Made by a program: the position numbers and the translations under genes | Notes under the pieces: generated by a model | Told to the model about the DNA's origin: nothing | The model's database searches: none | The model's input: only the letters and a program-made list of their open reading frames with translations | Assembly (NCBI RefSeq): GCF_964194025.1 | Contig: NC_134482.1 | Coordinates: 41,664,001-41,728,000, forward strand | From: Convolutriloba macropyga | Taxonomy: Eukaryota | Length of the DNA: 64,000 bases | Direction: 5' to 3' | In this document: positions 26,061-40,014 of the stretch, piece after piece | How positions within the stretch are numbered: the stretch's first letter is position 1 | Layout of the letters: every line of letters begins with the position of its first letter

Positions 26061-26397
26061 GTGACCTCAGTTTAACTACAGGGGTTATAGAGCTTGTTAG
26101 TTGTAGGACTCAGTCGCTCCGTCGTGTCCTGCTTTCGTTGCTTGATTATTTTAGTGTCGTTCGATTGGCACCACTCACTTTGTCAAGGTTTTCAATTATC
26201 GCATCCGCCGCTCCACCGTTTTTCCCGTTCCGTCGCTCGCTCGCTGCGCGACCGTTTCCGCTCCTCCTCTTGCGCGCGGATATTATATTCCTATTACGCT
26301 TTGGGGTTTTGCTCTCTGAGTCTCAAAAGATTATGTGTTCTGTGTCACCAGTTTAAACTACAGGGGTTATAGAAACTATAGTAATTGAGACTCGGTC
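26061..26397 (+). repeat. Direct repeat pair CAGTTTAA(A)CTACAGGGGTTATAG in the retrotransposon leader, ~280 bp apart
   Basis: Copies at ~26068-26090 and ~26349-26372 with weaker similarity on both sides. Confidence 0.7.
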
Positions 26398-26644
26398 ATT
26401 CTCCCCTCCCAATCTCCCGTTCCTCCAGTTACGCCCCACCTTCTCTTTCCCCTGTCACAAGAATTGTCCAATTATTGATCACTTTGTTCTATCTAATTTG
26501 TTCTATCTCCCAATTTGTTCTATCTCCTAAACTGTTGTCCTAAAATCCCAATTTCGCAGACCAAGTTAAATATTGTTTCATCTTTCCTTTCTGTTTGTAC
26601 ACCAAACCTGTAAGTTAGTCTATTGTTGTATCCTTCCTCCCATT

Positions 26645-29600
26645 ATGTCAAATCCCTTTACAAGCAAAGTTTCTAAGGTGTATGATGCAAGGGCCAAGAT
26701 TGAGAAAGAGTTGTGCAAACTTTACGAAAGTATTGACGACGCTATCCAAGAAAAAGCGAGGCGAGTGAGAATAGAAAGTTTGGTTACCAAATGCAAAGAC
26801 CTACTCGAAACTTGTATAGCAAAAAATGATAACCTGATAGGCCTTGCAGCTAAGACTGAACAAGCAGAGAAACTGCAGTCGGAATTAGAAGAATGGCTGG
26901 CAGTTGTGAATAAAAGACACGATGAGTATATGGAAAATGCCCGAGACTATATAGACTCCATTCAGTGCAACGAAAATTCAAAAAAGAGCTCTCAAAGATC
27001 CCACAAATCCTTGTCTGCTAGTACCTCTTCGAAGGCTTCAAGGGCTCGCAGGAAAAATTTTATATTAGCAAAAATTAGACGAGAAGAAGTGGAGGAAGAA
27101 AACAAAGCGGCTGCTCGAATAGCTGAAAGAGAGTATGAAATTGAGATGGCAGAGAGAGAACGTGAAATGGCTGAGAGAAGACATGAGATAGAATTGTTTT
27201 CTAAGAAACGTCAAATAGACCTCGAGAAAATGCACGAGGAAAATCGAAAACGTCTCGTCGAAGCTAAAATGCAGGAAATCAACTTAATGGACGATGAATC
27301 TTTGCTTTTAGAGACCGCCACTAATAGCTCCTCAAAACATGGCAGTATCTACTCAACAAAGAGCGAAAATCGCGTCAAAGATTGGATTGAGTCAGTTGGT
27401 AGTCAAAAAACAGCCATCTTGACGCGCAAACAGAAAAAATCCAGCGCTTGTTTCGATCAAGCTATTTCTTCCGCGGCAGCAGATGCACAAAATAGTAACT
27501 CTATTGTCCAAGAACTGGGTAATACTGTCGAGAATCATAATTTTGAGAACCATCGATCAGAAATGAACGATCAAAACCAACAGCATTTACCACAATTGAT
27601 TTCTCAACCGTCAGATCTGATTGGAAATGATGATCTTATCCAGCAAATCAATCAAGGCAGCGAAGAGCCTGAACTCAATAATCCGATCTCCGAAGTAAAC
27701 AATCAAAATGAAGGCCTGCCGAACAATACACTGCAGTTCTGGCAGTCTCTTGCTGATCAAGAATCTGCTTACTACCGTGGTTTGTTTTTTCAAACAAATC
27801 AACCTAGCTTGTCTCTGAAAGGCAATGCATACGCGAACCAGCCGCAAAACACCGGAAATTTACAAACTTCATCTCCAGCTCATGATTTTTCGACAGCGTC
27901 ATACACCCCTCAACATAATCAAGATAGTGCTTTCCCGGCCGACGCTCAACTCAACCACTTGGCAGCGCAATTAGAAGCAAATTTGCCTGCAGCTTCGGCA
28001 AGCCCACTCCACAACCAGGCTTTATCAATACCACACAGTCACTACAGGCCTAACTTGAATAGATGGACCCTCGCTAATGTTCCATCAAACACCAAATCAA
28101 ATGTTTTACCGATCGCTCCGCAGAGGTCCAATGTTAATGTCACGGCAAGCGTACCTGTTTCAGTAAGCACCGTAGGTGGTACAACGTACTACCATAATGC
28201 AATTTCCAGTGCAATAGTAGATAACCAGGCGCTGCAAACAGCACCATTCCTACCGGGATATCCCCCCGTTTCATCCTCGCTGCCTTACTCTCGAAATCCA
28301 CTACCCATGCAACATCTTGCCGCACTCTTCAACATCTCAACAAGTAACAGTAAAAGATCTTGCCGAGTTACTTAGCTTCAGCAAGAGAGATCCCCTACCC
28401 GAGTGGAAACTTTCTCAATACAACGGCGACCCCCTTCAATGGCACGAATGGTACGGCCAATTTAGTAGTGCGATTGATTCGCAGACACTGAGTAATGACG
28501 TTAAGCTAACGTACCTGAAAACATTGGTAACAGGGAAAGCAAAGGCTGCAATTGCGGAATTTGCTTATTGTGGTTCAATGTACAGAGATGCATTGAAAAC
28601 GCTTGAGCGTAAGTTCTTACAGCCACAGGCAGTGGTAACTGCGCATCTTGATAAATTGTCAAGCCATCCACCGGTAAAAATGCACAACTCAGACAGTATA
28701 ATCAGCTTTGCTACTGTAATCTCAAGTCTCGTTGGCGTATTCAGGTGATTGTCATATGACACAGATCTTCGTAGCTCGTCCATCTTAAACCAGGCAGTTC
28801 AAAAGCTTCCACCAAATTTAAAAGAATCTTGGTCAATGCACACCGTGAAGAAAGAGTGGTTGAGGCCAACCATGTTAGATTTTAACGATTGGCTGAAAGA
28901 GAAAGCAGAAGCTCATGAGCGCATGAAAGCAATCTCTTTCAAGGGAAAACACGAGGATAATGGTAACATAAGTGTAACAAAAACAAAAGTCTCCTCAAAA
29001 GTCTTTACTGCTAATGCAAATGCAAAACAACATATCTCCAGTAAAGCTTCCTAGAGTGCAAAAAATGATTAATTGCCCTGCGCCCTTTGCAAATGTCAAC
29101 ATCCCATTTGGCGATGTCAATCTTTCCACGAAAAGACTCCTACGCAGCGTGCTAAGATTGCTGCAGAAAACCAACTTTGTTTCTCGTGCTTGAACGGCAA
29201 GCACTCATTCCGAACATGTACACGTCAACGAAAATGCACTATTGAGGGCTGTCGAAGCACTCATAACACATTACTTCACGGGGCAGAACGCGTTTTTCCC
29301 GTAAGCACTGAGAAGAAAAGCAACGTTGCCACGCTGACTAAAGTAAACCCCACAAAAACGTCATCAAATACAGTTGAAAATGCAAAGTCTATGGGAAAGG
29401 CTAGTTCCTCGGGACTCACTTCAATAACTGATGTAAAAGGGCTTCTTCAGGTTCTTGAAATCGATCTTTTAAGTCCCTCAGATGTACGCACTAGAGCACT
29501 TGTTCTCTGTGACACAGCTTGTAGTCACTCTTGGATATCCAGTGAGCTCGCTAGTCGTCTTCAATTGAAGGGTACCCCATTAAAGCTGACCGTGAATGGC

Positions 29601-32600
29601 ATAAATACTCAAGAAACTATAACAACGGAATCTGTACAGGTTACTGTCCAACCAATAGGTGAAGACACTTGCTCTCCGTTTGATCTACTCCCTTATGTAA
29701 AAACAAATTTACGAGTAGGTTCCGACATTATTGATAATACTGCCATTCAAGAAAAGTATCCTCACTTAAGCGTGTTACCGAACAAGACGTATGACTACGC
29801 AAACGTCGAGATGATACTAGGCCAAGACGCTTACCACGCCATCCGCCCGATCGAGTATTTTGAAACCGAATCAAAATCCTCACCCGTTGCCGTTCGCTTA
29901 CCGTTGGGATGGGTATTAAGCGGTCCGTTGCCATCTTCATCTGGTCTGGTTTCTACTTGTTTCAAGGCAGTAGCTAAACAAGATTCGGAGTTAGCAACCC
30001 AAATAAAATCCTGGTATGACATGGAGTCATATTGGGCTGTCAAGCAGGTCGATCCCCGTTCAGCATCTGACCATCGAGCAACTGCGATCCTCGAACAATC
30101 CACCGTACACAATGAGGGCCGATATCATGTAGGCATGCTTTGGTCTTCAGACGAAGTAAAACTCCCCAACAATTTTTTTTCAGCAATGGTGCAGTTCAAA
30201 TCATTGGAAAAGAGATTAGGTAAAGATCCCGTTTTGTACAAGCGTTATGCACAGACAATTCAAGACGATCTCGATAAGGGATATCTCATCACCCGATTGT
30301 AAACCCTAACAAGCCAGAAAAAGTTCGTAGGGTGTTGAACGGTGCTTCAAAGTTTCGGGGTATATCTTTGAACAGTGTATTACTCACCGGTCCAGATCTG
30401 TTGCAGAGACTAATCCACACTCTGATGCGCTTTCGTCAGCATCAATTCGCTGTTTCCGCTGATATTGAGGGTATGTTCTTACAAGTAGGTGTTTGCCAGC
30501 GGAACAGTCGGTTTTGCGTTTCCTTTGGCGGGAAGATCCCTCAAGGAACATTGAGGTATACCAGTACACAAGACACATATTCGGCGCAAAAGATTCACCA
30601 ACTTGCGCTAATTATGCGTTACTGCGTACCGCGAGAGACAATAATTCAGATTTTCCCGAGGCGGCGCAAGCCGTTAGCCAGAAATTTTATATGAATGATT
30701 ACCTTGACTCAATGGAGTCACCCATCATAGTACAAAATATATCGCGCGATTTGATCGAATTACTGAACAGGGGAGGTTTCAAGCTGACTAAGTTCATCAG
30801 CAATGTCCCTGGCCTCCTCGAAGAGCTGGAGGACAAATCAGTTGAACAGGCTCCAAAAGAAATAGGCGCATTAAAAGAGGAGTCATCATCCCACGTTCTA
30901 GGTTTGAAGTGGGATCATGTAAATGACACACTAGTTGTAAGCCGCGGAACAATATGTGATGCCTCGAAAGCTGTTACACAAAGGCTGGTATTGAGTCTTG
31001 TATCAAAAATATTTGACCCAATTGGTCTTGTTTCGCCTTTTACTGTGAAAGCGCGGCTCCTCCTCAAAGATGTCTGGCGACTTCACGGTCAGAGCTGGGA
31101 TGATGTACTCCCGAAGGAAATGATTGAGCGCTTCGAGTCCTGGAGCGCGAATTACCAAAACTTGGGCTAATGAAAATACCTAGGAGCTACTTCTCCGGTT
31201 CGTTCGAGCACTTGGAATTACATGTCTTTGGTGACAGTTCACAGGAGGTGTTCAGCGCAGTTGCGTTTTTGCGTGCTCTCGTGAATTCCTCAGACAACGG
31301 AAAAAGAACAGAACTAGCCTTCGTCATTGGAAAGGCACGAGTAGCTCCGATGAAAGTGCTCACCGTTCCTAAACTCCAACTCCAAGCGGCTTTGCTGGCA
31401 TCCCGCCTCAGATTAGAAATTTGCGAGGCGCTCACCATTCAGATTCAACGCACGTTCATGTGGACAGATAGTACCACAGTCCTTCAGTGGTTGAATTCCC
31501 TAGAGAAACAGCCCATATTTGTCGCGAATCGTGTCTCCGAGATTCTAGAGGGAACAACGGTCGATCAATGGCATCACGTGGCAACGCAGAACAACCCGGC
31601 CGATGCCGGCACGAGGGGATTGTCCTCGGAGGCGTTGCAGAACAGCGCTTGGTTACGTGGTCCTGATTTTCTTCGTACATCTGACTTTCCATTTCGCCCG
31701 GGCACCGAAGTGGTGTCAAACATCAAGTTGAAGCGTCAAGCAGCTAATCCCAACCCTTTGGACAACTGCTCAGCCCTACAGTCCAACTCTTTAAATCCTG
31801 ATTTCAGCATTCATCTGCGCAAATACAGTTCGTATCCAAAACTTCTTCGAATCGTTGCGTATGTCCTACGTATCCTTCCACGACACGCCACCTACCGATC
31901 TGTAGATGAAAAAATAGTAGAACCCGAGGAAATTACCGCAGCAGAAAAGAAATTGCAGCTTCTTACACAAGCAGAGTCTTTCCCCATTGAGCTTATGCAA
32001 CTCCGCAGTTCAAAGAAAATCAGTAAAAGAAGCCCTATTGCTGCTTATTCGCCGTTTGTCGGGCCTGGTGGCCTGCTCCGTTCTAGTGGCCGAATTAAGC
32101 GCTTCGCTGACCTGGAGTTCAATTTGAAGCACCCCATAATCCTCGACGGTCGACATCCACTGGTGTACGTTTTCTTACGCCATATGCACCTCAAAAGTCA
32201 TCATGAAGGTAACGATTATCTTCGCGCACTTGTCCAACAGCAGTATGCTGTTCTGAAGCTTCGTTCTATCTTCCGTTCGATTCGTTTTAATTGTGTCCTT
32301 TGCAGAAAACGAAGCACTAAGCCTGTTCAACCTTTGATGGCTGACCTTCCGTCCGAACGTCTTGCCTTCCAGTGTCCGCCCTTTACGAATGTCGGTCTAG
32401 ACTACTTTGGTCCGTTTCACGTCACGATCCCTCGCTCCTCTGAGAAAAGGTGGGGTTTCCTGCTCACCTGTCTCACGACCAGAGCCGTTCATGTTGAGAT
32501 TGCACATTCGATGGATACAAATTCGTGTGTTATGGGTATTGAACGCTTCATTGCTCGTCGTGGAATGCCGTTGGTCATTTGTTCCGACAACGGCACTAAC

Positions 32601-33322
32601 TTTGTTGGTACAGAGAAAGAACTGTTGCTATGTTTTCTAAACTTGGACAAACAGAAAATTGCTTCGGAGCTGGCACAAAAGGGAGTCAAGTGGAAGTTTA
32701 ATCCGCCTGCTGCACCGCACCACGGAGGTGTTTGGGAAAGGCTAGTTTGGAGTTTCAGGCGAACACTTTACGCAATCCTTGGCAATCGTCGGCTTACGGA
32801 CGAAATACTCCTCACTACTTTCTGTCTGGTAGAACAGTCACTAAACAACCACCCATTGACTTCCGTAAAGTCCGATGCCAACGATTTAGATGCATTAACG
32901 CCAAACCATTTTCTTTTGGGGAATCGCAGTACTTGCCCTCCTTCACTCACCCTGTCGATGACTTCAATCACCGAAAGCGATACGCCAGAGCGCAAGCGTA
33001 CGCTAATGCCATTTGGAAAAGATGGTTAAAAAAATATCTCCCCCCATTGAATCGTCGTTGTAAATGGAAGACTCCTTCCGATGAAATCTTGAAAACTGGT
33101 GACCTAGTTTGGATTATCGATAGCGACAGCCCAAGAGGCTATTATCCACTGGCCCGCATTTTGAGTCTACGTTATGGTAACGACGGCATCGCACGGTCCG
33201 CTCAAATTCAAACAAAATCCGGCTCATTGATTCGCCCTATTGTTAATTTGATACCAGTTTTCGAATCATCAGTTTTGGGGCCTGAAGATGTTGCTGACGC
33301 AATTGCGTGTAAGCGTAAATGA
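26645..33322 (+). pseudogene. BEL/Pao gag-pol polyprotein, disrupted
   Basis: DUF1759-type gag (YNGDPLQWHEWYGQF, KLTYLKTLVTGKAK); three zinc knuckles (CALCKCQHPIWRC, CFSCLNGKHSFRTC, CTIEGCRSTHNTLLH); protease LCDTACSHSWI; RT (GPDLL, ADIEGMFLQV, FGAKDSP, FYMNDYL); RNase H (LHVFGDSS, WTDST, NPADAGTRG); integrase (GLDYFGP, SDNGTNF, GGVWERLV); DUF5641. In-frame stops at 28746, 29052, 29070; frameshifts or deletion near 28320, 30285, 30490, 31150, 32950. Confidence 0.96.
33277..33288 (+). promoter_or_regulatory. Polypurine tract GGGGCCTGAAGA
   Basis: Immediately 5' of the 3' LTR. Confidence 0.75.
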
Positions 33323-33820
33323 AAGAGCATATTAATTGTGCGTTCGCACAGATTGTTCCAACTGGGAAATAGCCTAATGGTTAGGACCTAGGGCCCTTAA
33401 TCTAGAGGTTGCGGTTCGAATCCCGGTGGGACCAAATCTCTTTTTTTTGATATAGATGTAATCCAGAGGTCAAATTAATAGCATTTTTGACCTATTCCGA
33501 CCTTGAAAAGAGCATCAATTACGTTTGGCCAACAACCTTGCTTGTTGTCTGATGTAAATCTTACGTACGTTTTTCTCTTACGTTGAGTCTTATCAGTTTT
33601 ATCAGTCTTATAGGTGTTGAGTCTTATACGTTGAATCTTATACGTTGTGAAATACAAAAAATTTGGATTTCCTGTACCGAAACAGGATTTTGCTTGCTAT
33701 ATCGACTTTGTACCGATACATTGCTGATCTCAAGAAATTAAGTCTTGAATTCTTATTAGTTTTTTTATAAAGACTTCGATTATTGATCCTTTTTGAAAGT
33801 TATCGCAACGAGAGCGGACA
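33289..33820 (+). repeat. 3' LTR (532 bp), with the tRNA-like cassette at 33363-33434
   Basis: About 99% identical to the 5' LTR; followed by TSD GGCAT. Confidence 0.97.
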
Positions 33821-34503
33821 GGCATGGTCAATTATAATCATGTTACACAATTTGGTAAAATCAGGAAATAAGCTTTCTCAATTCTTTACGCGGTAGGTAG
33901 TTGCAATTATAAAACAAATTTCATTGACTTTTGCATTAAGAAAATGGCCCGCAAATTTAATTGATTTTTCATGATTTGGTTATATACAAGCTACATGAGT
34001 TCAGAACTGTTTAGAGGATTTGAATGGTTAGACATTCTCACTAAGCGCGGTGCGAGGTTTGTACCTTGTTGATTTAACAACCAGTTTGCGATTAATATAT
34101 GGCCACCAGCACTGCGTACCCATACGAATCATACCACATATTCTGGGAATGCTAGCAGTGCAATCGTCAATCTGGGCTTCTCACCGGTTGTTGTGGAAAT
34201 CTCTCCTCTGGCCCACATGAAGACAGCCAGAATGTATGTAAGCGCTTCTCGAAAAGAAAAGATAAACCCGTTAATAATATTTAAACACTCGCTCTTGGTC
34301 TATAGTGAGAACGCTTTTGTTGATCTTTGAGCACTGCATTTTTACTGGTTTGTAAAACTGTAAGACCTATTTGTTTTTGTATTATTTTATTGCGGCGTTG
34401 TGATCTTGTTTATGTTTTTGTCACTATCAGATTGCAAAGAGAAACCTTGGCGATAATTTCGAATTTGGGCAAAAAGCGCTGGAATTGTTTATACTTTATG
34501 ACT

Positions 34504-34795
34504 CCCGGGTTGCCCATCATACAACTTTCCTTGATTTCATACAAGGTCATATATGATCCCCGGTAATCATACAAGGTCATATATGATTTGTATGATTTCC
34601 CGGTAATCATACAAGTTTCATACAAAAAACAAAAAAAGTGTTAAACCACTCTAATCGTAACAGCTATAACGCTCATTCGGTAAGAAATACACCAGGCTAA
34701 CCCAGCGATGAGTTTTTGAGATTCATTTTTCCCGGTAATCATACAAGGTCATATATGATTTGTATGATTTCCCGGTAATCATACAAGCTTCATAA
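34504..34795. repeat. Left TIR and subterminal repeats (CCCGGTAATCATACAAGGTCATATATGATT)
   Basis: Several copies at 34516-34625 and 34730-34795. Confidence 0.9.
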
Positions 34796-34904
34796 AAGAA
34801 AAAAATTTTAATTGTAAATGAGTTAACAACTCCAGTCGTAACAAGTATAACGCTCTTTTAGTAAAAAAAAACACACGAGAATCAACCAAACGATGAGTTT
34901 TTGA

Positions 34905-37900
34905 GTTGCTTCTGTTGTTTTTTTAATAAAAAACCCCAAAAAAACCTTCATGGCGAGCTGGGATTTTTTCCAACATAACGATAGTGGGTTTTGGTGTTCA
35001 AAAACTATATAAAATAGTTGACCGTAAATGCCTCCAGATTTACGTTCAAGGAGTCGGGTCTAGGTGTATTCAACTTTGTGAGAAAATTGTTTCTCTTTAT
35101 ATCCCAAAAATAGGAGTACAGTTCGTATGTTTGTTGATTTCTCTTAAACTAATTTACCAAACAGAACAAACATAGTCCTAAATTGTTGATATTGTTTTAT
35201 TCTTGACTGCTCTAGGTAGTTGTTTCCGAAAATCTATCGGGGCAAAAAGTTAAGATGTTCAATTTTGAAAAGAGTACTGAATTTTGTCATATTCGTGGAC
35301 ATCAATTTTCTGATACAACAAAACAGGCGAGTCGCTATGCGAGCTACTCCTCGATAGATGTGGAGATTAGTGGAAGGAAGCTCCGCAGTTAGTGGAATAA
35401 AGTTTCTTCTACAAAACTGTTTTACATGAATTTGCGAAAGTTGGCTGTCCACTCGAAAAAAAATTGGATTTATTTTGAGAGTTCTACTGATTCCCATGCA
35501 ACTAACGAAAACCCAAAGGGAAGATTCAGGGTTCTCTTCTTTTTTGATTTTTTGAAATAGCTGAACAAGCTCGAGCAAATGAGTTTTTCTATTTGTTGGG
35601 CTCATTAAATGATGTTTTTTTTCTAAACTATGAAAAAAATGTAAATCCCGCCGATTTAACGCATTACCTTAAAAGTTAAACTATTTTTGAAGTTTATGTT
35701 ACAAATATATCGTGCTATTTGGTCTCCCAGATTGCGCGTGACGCTATTTAAACCCAGTAATTGGGTGCAATTTCCATTTTTTTTTTCAGTTTTTCAATTG
35801 TAGGCTTTACATGAATTTCCAGCTCCTGTTGTTTCTTTAATAAAAAAACCCAAGAAGCCTTCATGGCGAGCTAGGATTTTTTCCAACATAACGATAAAAG
35901 GATTTGGAGTTCAAAAGCTAAATGAAATAGTTGACTGTAAATGCCTCCAGATTTACGTTTAAGGAGTCGGGTCTAGCTGTATTCAACTTTGTGAGAAAAT
36001 TGTTTCTCTTTATATCCCAAAAATAGGAGTACAGTTCGTATGTTTGTTGATTTCTCTTAAACTAATTTACCAAACAGAACAAACATAGTCCTAAATTGTT
36101 GATATTGATTTATTCTTGACTGCTCTGGGTAGTTGTTTCCGAAAATGTGTCGGGGCAAAAAATTTAAGATGTTCAATTTTGAAAAGAGTACTGAATTTCG
36201 TCATATTCGTGGACATCAATTTTCTGTTACAACAAAACAGGCGAGTCGCTATGCGAGCTACTCCTCGATAGATGTGGAGATTAGTGGAAGGAAGCTCCGC
36301 AGTTAGTGGAATAAAGTTTCTTCTACAAAACTGTTTTACATGAATTTGCGAAAGTTGGCTGTCCACTCGAAAAAAAATTGGATTTATTTTGAGAGTTCTA
36401 CTGATTCCCATGCAACTAACGAAAACCCAAAGGGAAGATTCAGGGTTCTCTTCTTTTTTGAAATAGCTGAACAAGCTCGAGCAAATGAGTTTTTCTATTT
36501 TTTGGGCTCATTAAATGATGTTTTTTTCTAAACTATGAAAAAAATGTAAATCCCGCCGATTTAACGCATTACCTTAAAAGTTAAACTATTTTGGAAGTTA
36601 ATGTTACAAGTATCTCGTGCTATTTGAGCTCCCAGATTGCGCGTGACGCTATTTAAACCCAGAAATTGGGTGCAATTTCCATTTTTTTTTCAGTTTTTCA
36701 ATTGTAGGCTTTACAGGAATTTCCAGCTCATGTTGTTTCTTTAATAAAAAAACCTAAGAAGCCTTCATGGCGAGCTAGGATTTTTTCCAACATAACGATA
36801 AAGGGATTTGGAGTTCAAAAGCTAAATGAAATAGTTGACTGTAAATGCCTCCAGATTTACGTTTAAGGAGTCGGGTCTAGCTGTATTCAACTTTGTGAGA
36901 AAATTGTTTCTCTTTATATCCCAAAAATAGGAGTACAGTTCGTATGTTTGTTGATTTCTCTTAAACTAATTTACCAAACAGAACAAACATAGTCCTAAAT
37001 TGTTGATATTGGTTTATTCTTGACTGCTCTAGGTAGTTGTTTCCCAAACTCTGTCGGGGCAAAAAGTTAAGATGTTCAATTTTGAAAAGAGTACTGAGTT
37101 TTGTCATATTCGTGGACATCAATTTTCTTATAAAATAAAACAGGCGAGTCGCTATGCGAGCTACTCCTCGATAGATGTGGAGATTAGTGGAAGGAAGCTC
37201 CGCAGTTAGTGGAATAGAGTTTCTTCTATAAAACTGTTTTACATGAATTTGCGAAAGTTGGGTGTCCACTCGAAAAAAAATTGGATTTATTTTGAGAGTT
37301 CTACTGATTCCCATGCAACTAACGAGAACCCAAAGGGAATATTCAGGGTTCTCTTCTTTTTTGATTTTTTGAAATAGCTGAACAAGCTCGAGCAAATGAG
37401 TTTTTCTATTTGTTGGGCTCATTAAATAATGTTTTTTTCTAAACTATGAAAAAAATGTAAATCCCGCCGATTTAATGCATTACCTTAAAAGTTAAACTAT
37501 TTTGGATGTTATTGTTACAAATATATCGTGCTATTTGGTCTCACAGATTGCGCGTGACGCTATTTAAAACTAAAATTGGGTGCCATTTGCATATTTTTTC
37601 AGTTTTCAATTGTAGGCTTTACGGGAATTTCTTGCTCCTGTTGTTTTTTTAATAAATAAACCCAAAAAGCCTTCATGGCGAGCTGGGATTTTTTCCAACA
37701 TAACGATAGTGGGTTTTGGTGTTCAATAGCTAAATAAAATAGTTGCTTGTAAATGCCTCCAGATTTACGTTTAAGGAGTCGGGTCTGACTGTATTCAATT
37801 TGTGAGAAAATTGTTTCTCTTATTGTCCCAAAAATAGGAGTACAGTTCGTATGTTTATTAATTTCTTAAATTAATCTACCAGACAGAACAAGCATAATCC

Positions 37901-39350
37901 TAAGTTGTTGATATTGAATTATTCTCGACTGCTCTAGGTAGTTGTTTCACTACATCTGTCGGGGAAAAAGTTAAACATGTTCAAACTTGAAAAGATTGCT
38001 GAATTTTGACGTATTCGTGGACATCAATTTTCTGATACAACAAAACGGGCGAGTCGCAATGCGAGCCACTGCTCGATAGGGGAGGAGTTTAGTCGAAGGA
38101 AGCTCCTCATTGAGTGGAATTAAGCTTTTCCTATAAAAGTTTTTTTTATTTTTTGCGAATTCATGAAGTTCTTGTTTGAGTTCTTTTTTTTTATCAAAAC
38201 ACACAAAACACCCTGGCCTTTAGGGCGAGTTGGGAATTTTTGCCAGCTCCTAATAGAGGTTTTGGGTGATCAGTAGCTACGGAGTAGACCTGAATTTTGT
38301 TCAGAATTATCTACGTGGCGCGATTAGATGTTTTGCGCGATTTTGCGAGAAATCGGGCTCTCAAAAATCGGGGTACGCTTCATGTCACAAATGATTTCTC
38401 CAAAACTGCTGTAATAAATCGGACTGCAATGCTCGCGTTTTTTTGGTCTTAACCCCTTTTGCTGGCAGTGTTATTAGTTTCCCAAGTCGCCCTAATAAAA
38501 AAGTTGAAGGAAAGAATTTGTGAAACTATCACATTGAGAAAGGAATTTAATGTTTTGTACTTTTTCAAATTTCTCATTCAGTTTTTGACTAAAACGAGTG
38601 AGTATTGGCATTATATGTTGCTCTTAAGACGTGCTTCTCGGGAATGGCTTGTCACAGTCACTGGAAACGTTCTCTAGAACTGTTATTCACTAATGAATGC
38701 GGAAAAACAAATTTTTTCTCAAATTTTGTGGCTGAGTGGTGTTTTCCGCAAATGAATAGATTTTTGAGCGTGTGTTTTGTGTTTTCTAGACACCATTTAA
38801 GTTGTTGAAGCTAATGAAATCAAATAATGGGGTTAATACAACAATTTTTCTTTTTTCACGATTTCATCAAATTTCTGTGGATGTTGTTTTATGTCATAAC
38901 ACACAAAACATCATAACCTTCATGGTGAGGTGGGAAATTTTTTCCCACCTCACCATGAAGGTTTGCCGTGACCCAGAACGTCGAATTGGACAAGAATTAC
39001 ACCCACAAATACGCCGGGAACGCTGTTTCACGTTGTTTTACGTCGGTTCTGGAAATCATGGGCTTCGATTTTAGCCCAAAAAATGGGGTACAGAACAGTA
39101 GTCTGTTAATATCTGCTAAAGTACTGGACCAAATTAAACGGGAGTGGTCGCATTTTGTTAGCACTGAACCCCTCTTGCTTGCAGTACTTGGTTGGTTTCC
39201 CAAATCGGCCTAATCAAAAAGTTATTAATGTTCAAAATTGAAATAGTTCGAATTTTCGGGCTATCTTGCGTGACCCAAATTTTGTTACAACAAAACACGG
39301 GAGTTACCAAACAAATGTTAGTATTTTAGAATCCTCAGTTAGTGGGGAGT
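34905..39350. repeat. Tandem array, ~908-bp unit, about 3.6 conserved copies plus two degenerate partial copies, inside the transposon
   Basis: CCTTCATGGCGAGCT at 34945, 35858, 36762, 37670; degenerate versions at ~38217 and ~38917. Confidence 0.9.
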
Positions 39351-40014
39351 ATGCCCATATATATTTTGCATAGCATTTTACGGAATTGAGATTGTCAAAT
39401 TTGGCTCTGAAGTCAGGTCACCACGCTTTTTTGGTCATTTGGTACGGTACCTTTATTTTGTTATAACTCCTTGAAGAGTGCACCGATTGGGCTCATTTTT
39501 TAATATGATGCGTATCCCAATCAGTGCTACAAACTGTACTAAGGGGAATTGTTTTTGTTTCGCCGTTTTAGAGAAATTGTCTAGTAAACTTGACCTCGAT
39601 TTTAGCATCAGAAGCGGTTGACACCATGATCGCACCACTTTGAAGCTTTGAATTTTGTCACTTCGGGAATTGTTGTTTTGGAGTACCAGTATAAGCACTG
39701 TAGTCCCCATGTAATGTGGGGAAACTCTACTCCAATTTTCAGCCATATTGGTTGAGGGGTTGATGTTCTCTCCCCTTATTACTTATATGTATACTATTAT
39801 TCTAAGGTGAGGGCGTTTCGCCCCATGGGGTGCACCCCCCCTGTCCCGTTGAGACGCTGGTTAGTCAACTCCCCCCCTCCTCTTTCTTTTTGGTGAACCC
39901 CATGCATTTGTACGGCGTGCGTGCGTGCGGCTTTCACGGCGTTGCGATGCGTTTTCTCCGGCGTTTCGTTGATCCCGTCTGTACACGGGCAAGTCTATTT
40001 GATAAAAAGTTCTG

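Larger units (their letters stand above)
24213..33820 (+). mobile_element. Full-length BEL/Pao (Belpaoviridae) LTR retrotransposon, 9.6 kb, coding region decayed
   Basis: TG...CA LTRs at both ends, 5-bp TSD GGCAT (24208-24212, 33821-33825), PBS, PPT, and gag-PR-RT-RH-IN order with BEL-specific motifs. Confidence 0.97.

Noticed and set aside
35234-38204. Repeated minus-strand 77-153 aa ORFs in the 908-bp array
   Set aside because: Starts and stops differ between copies and no domain is recognisable
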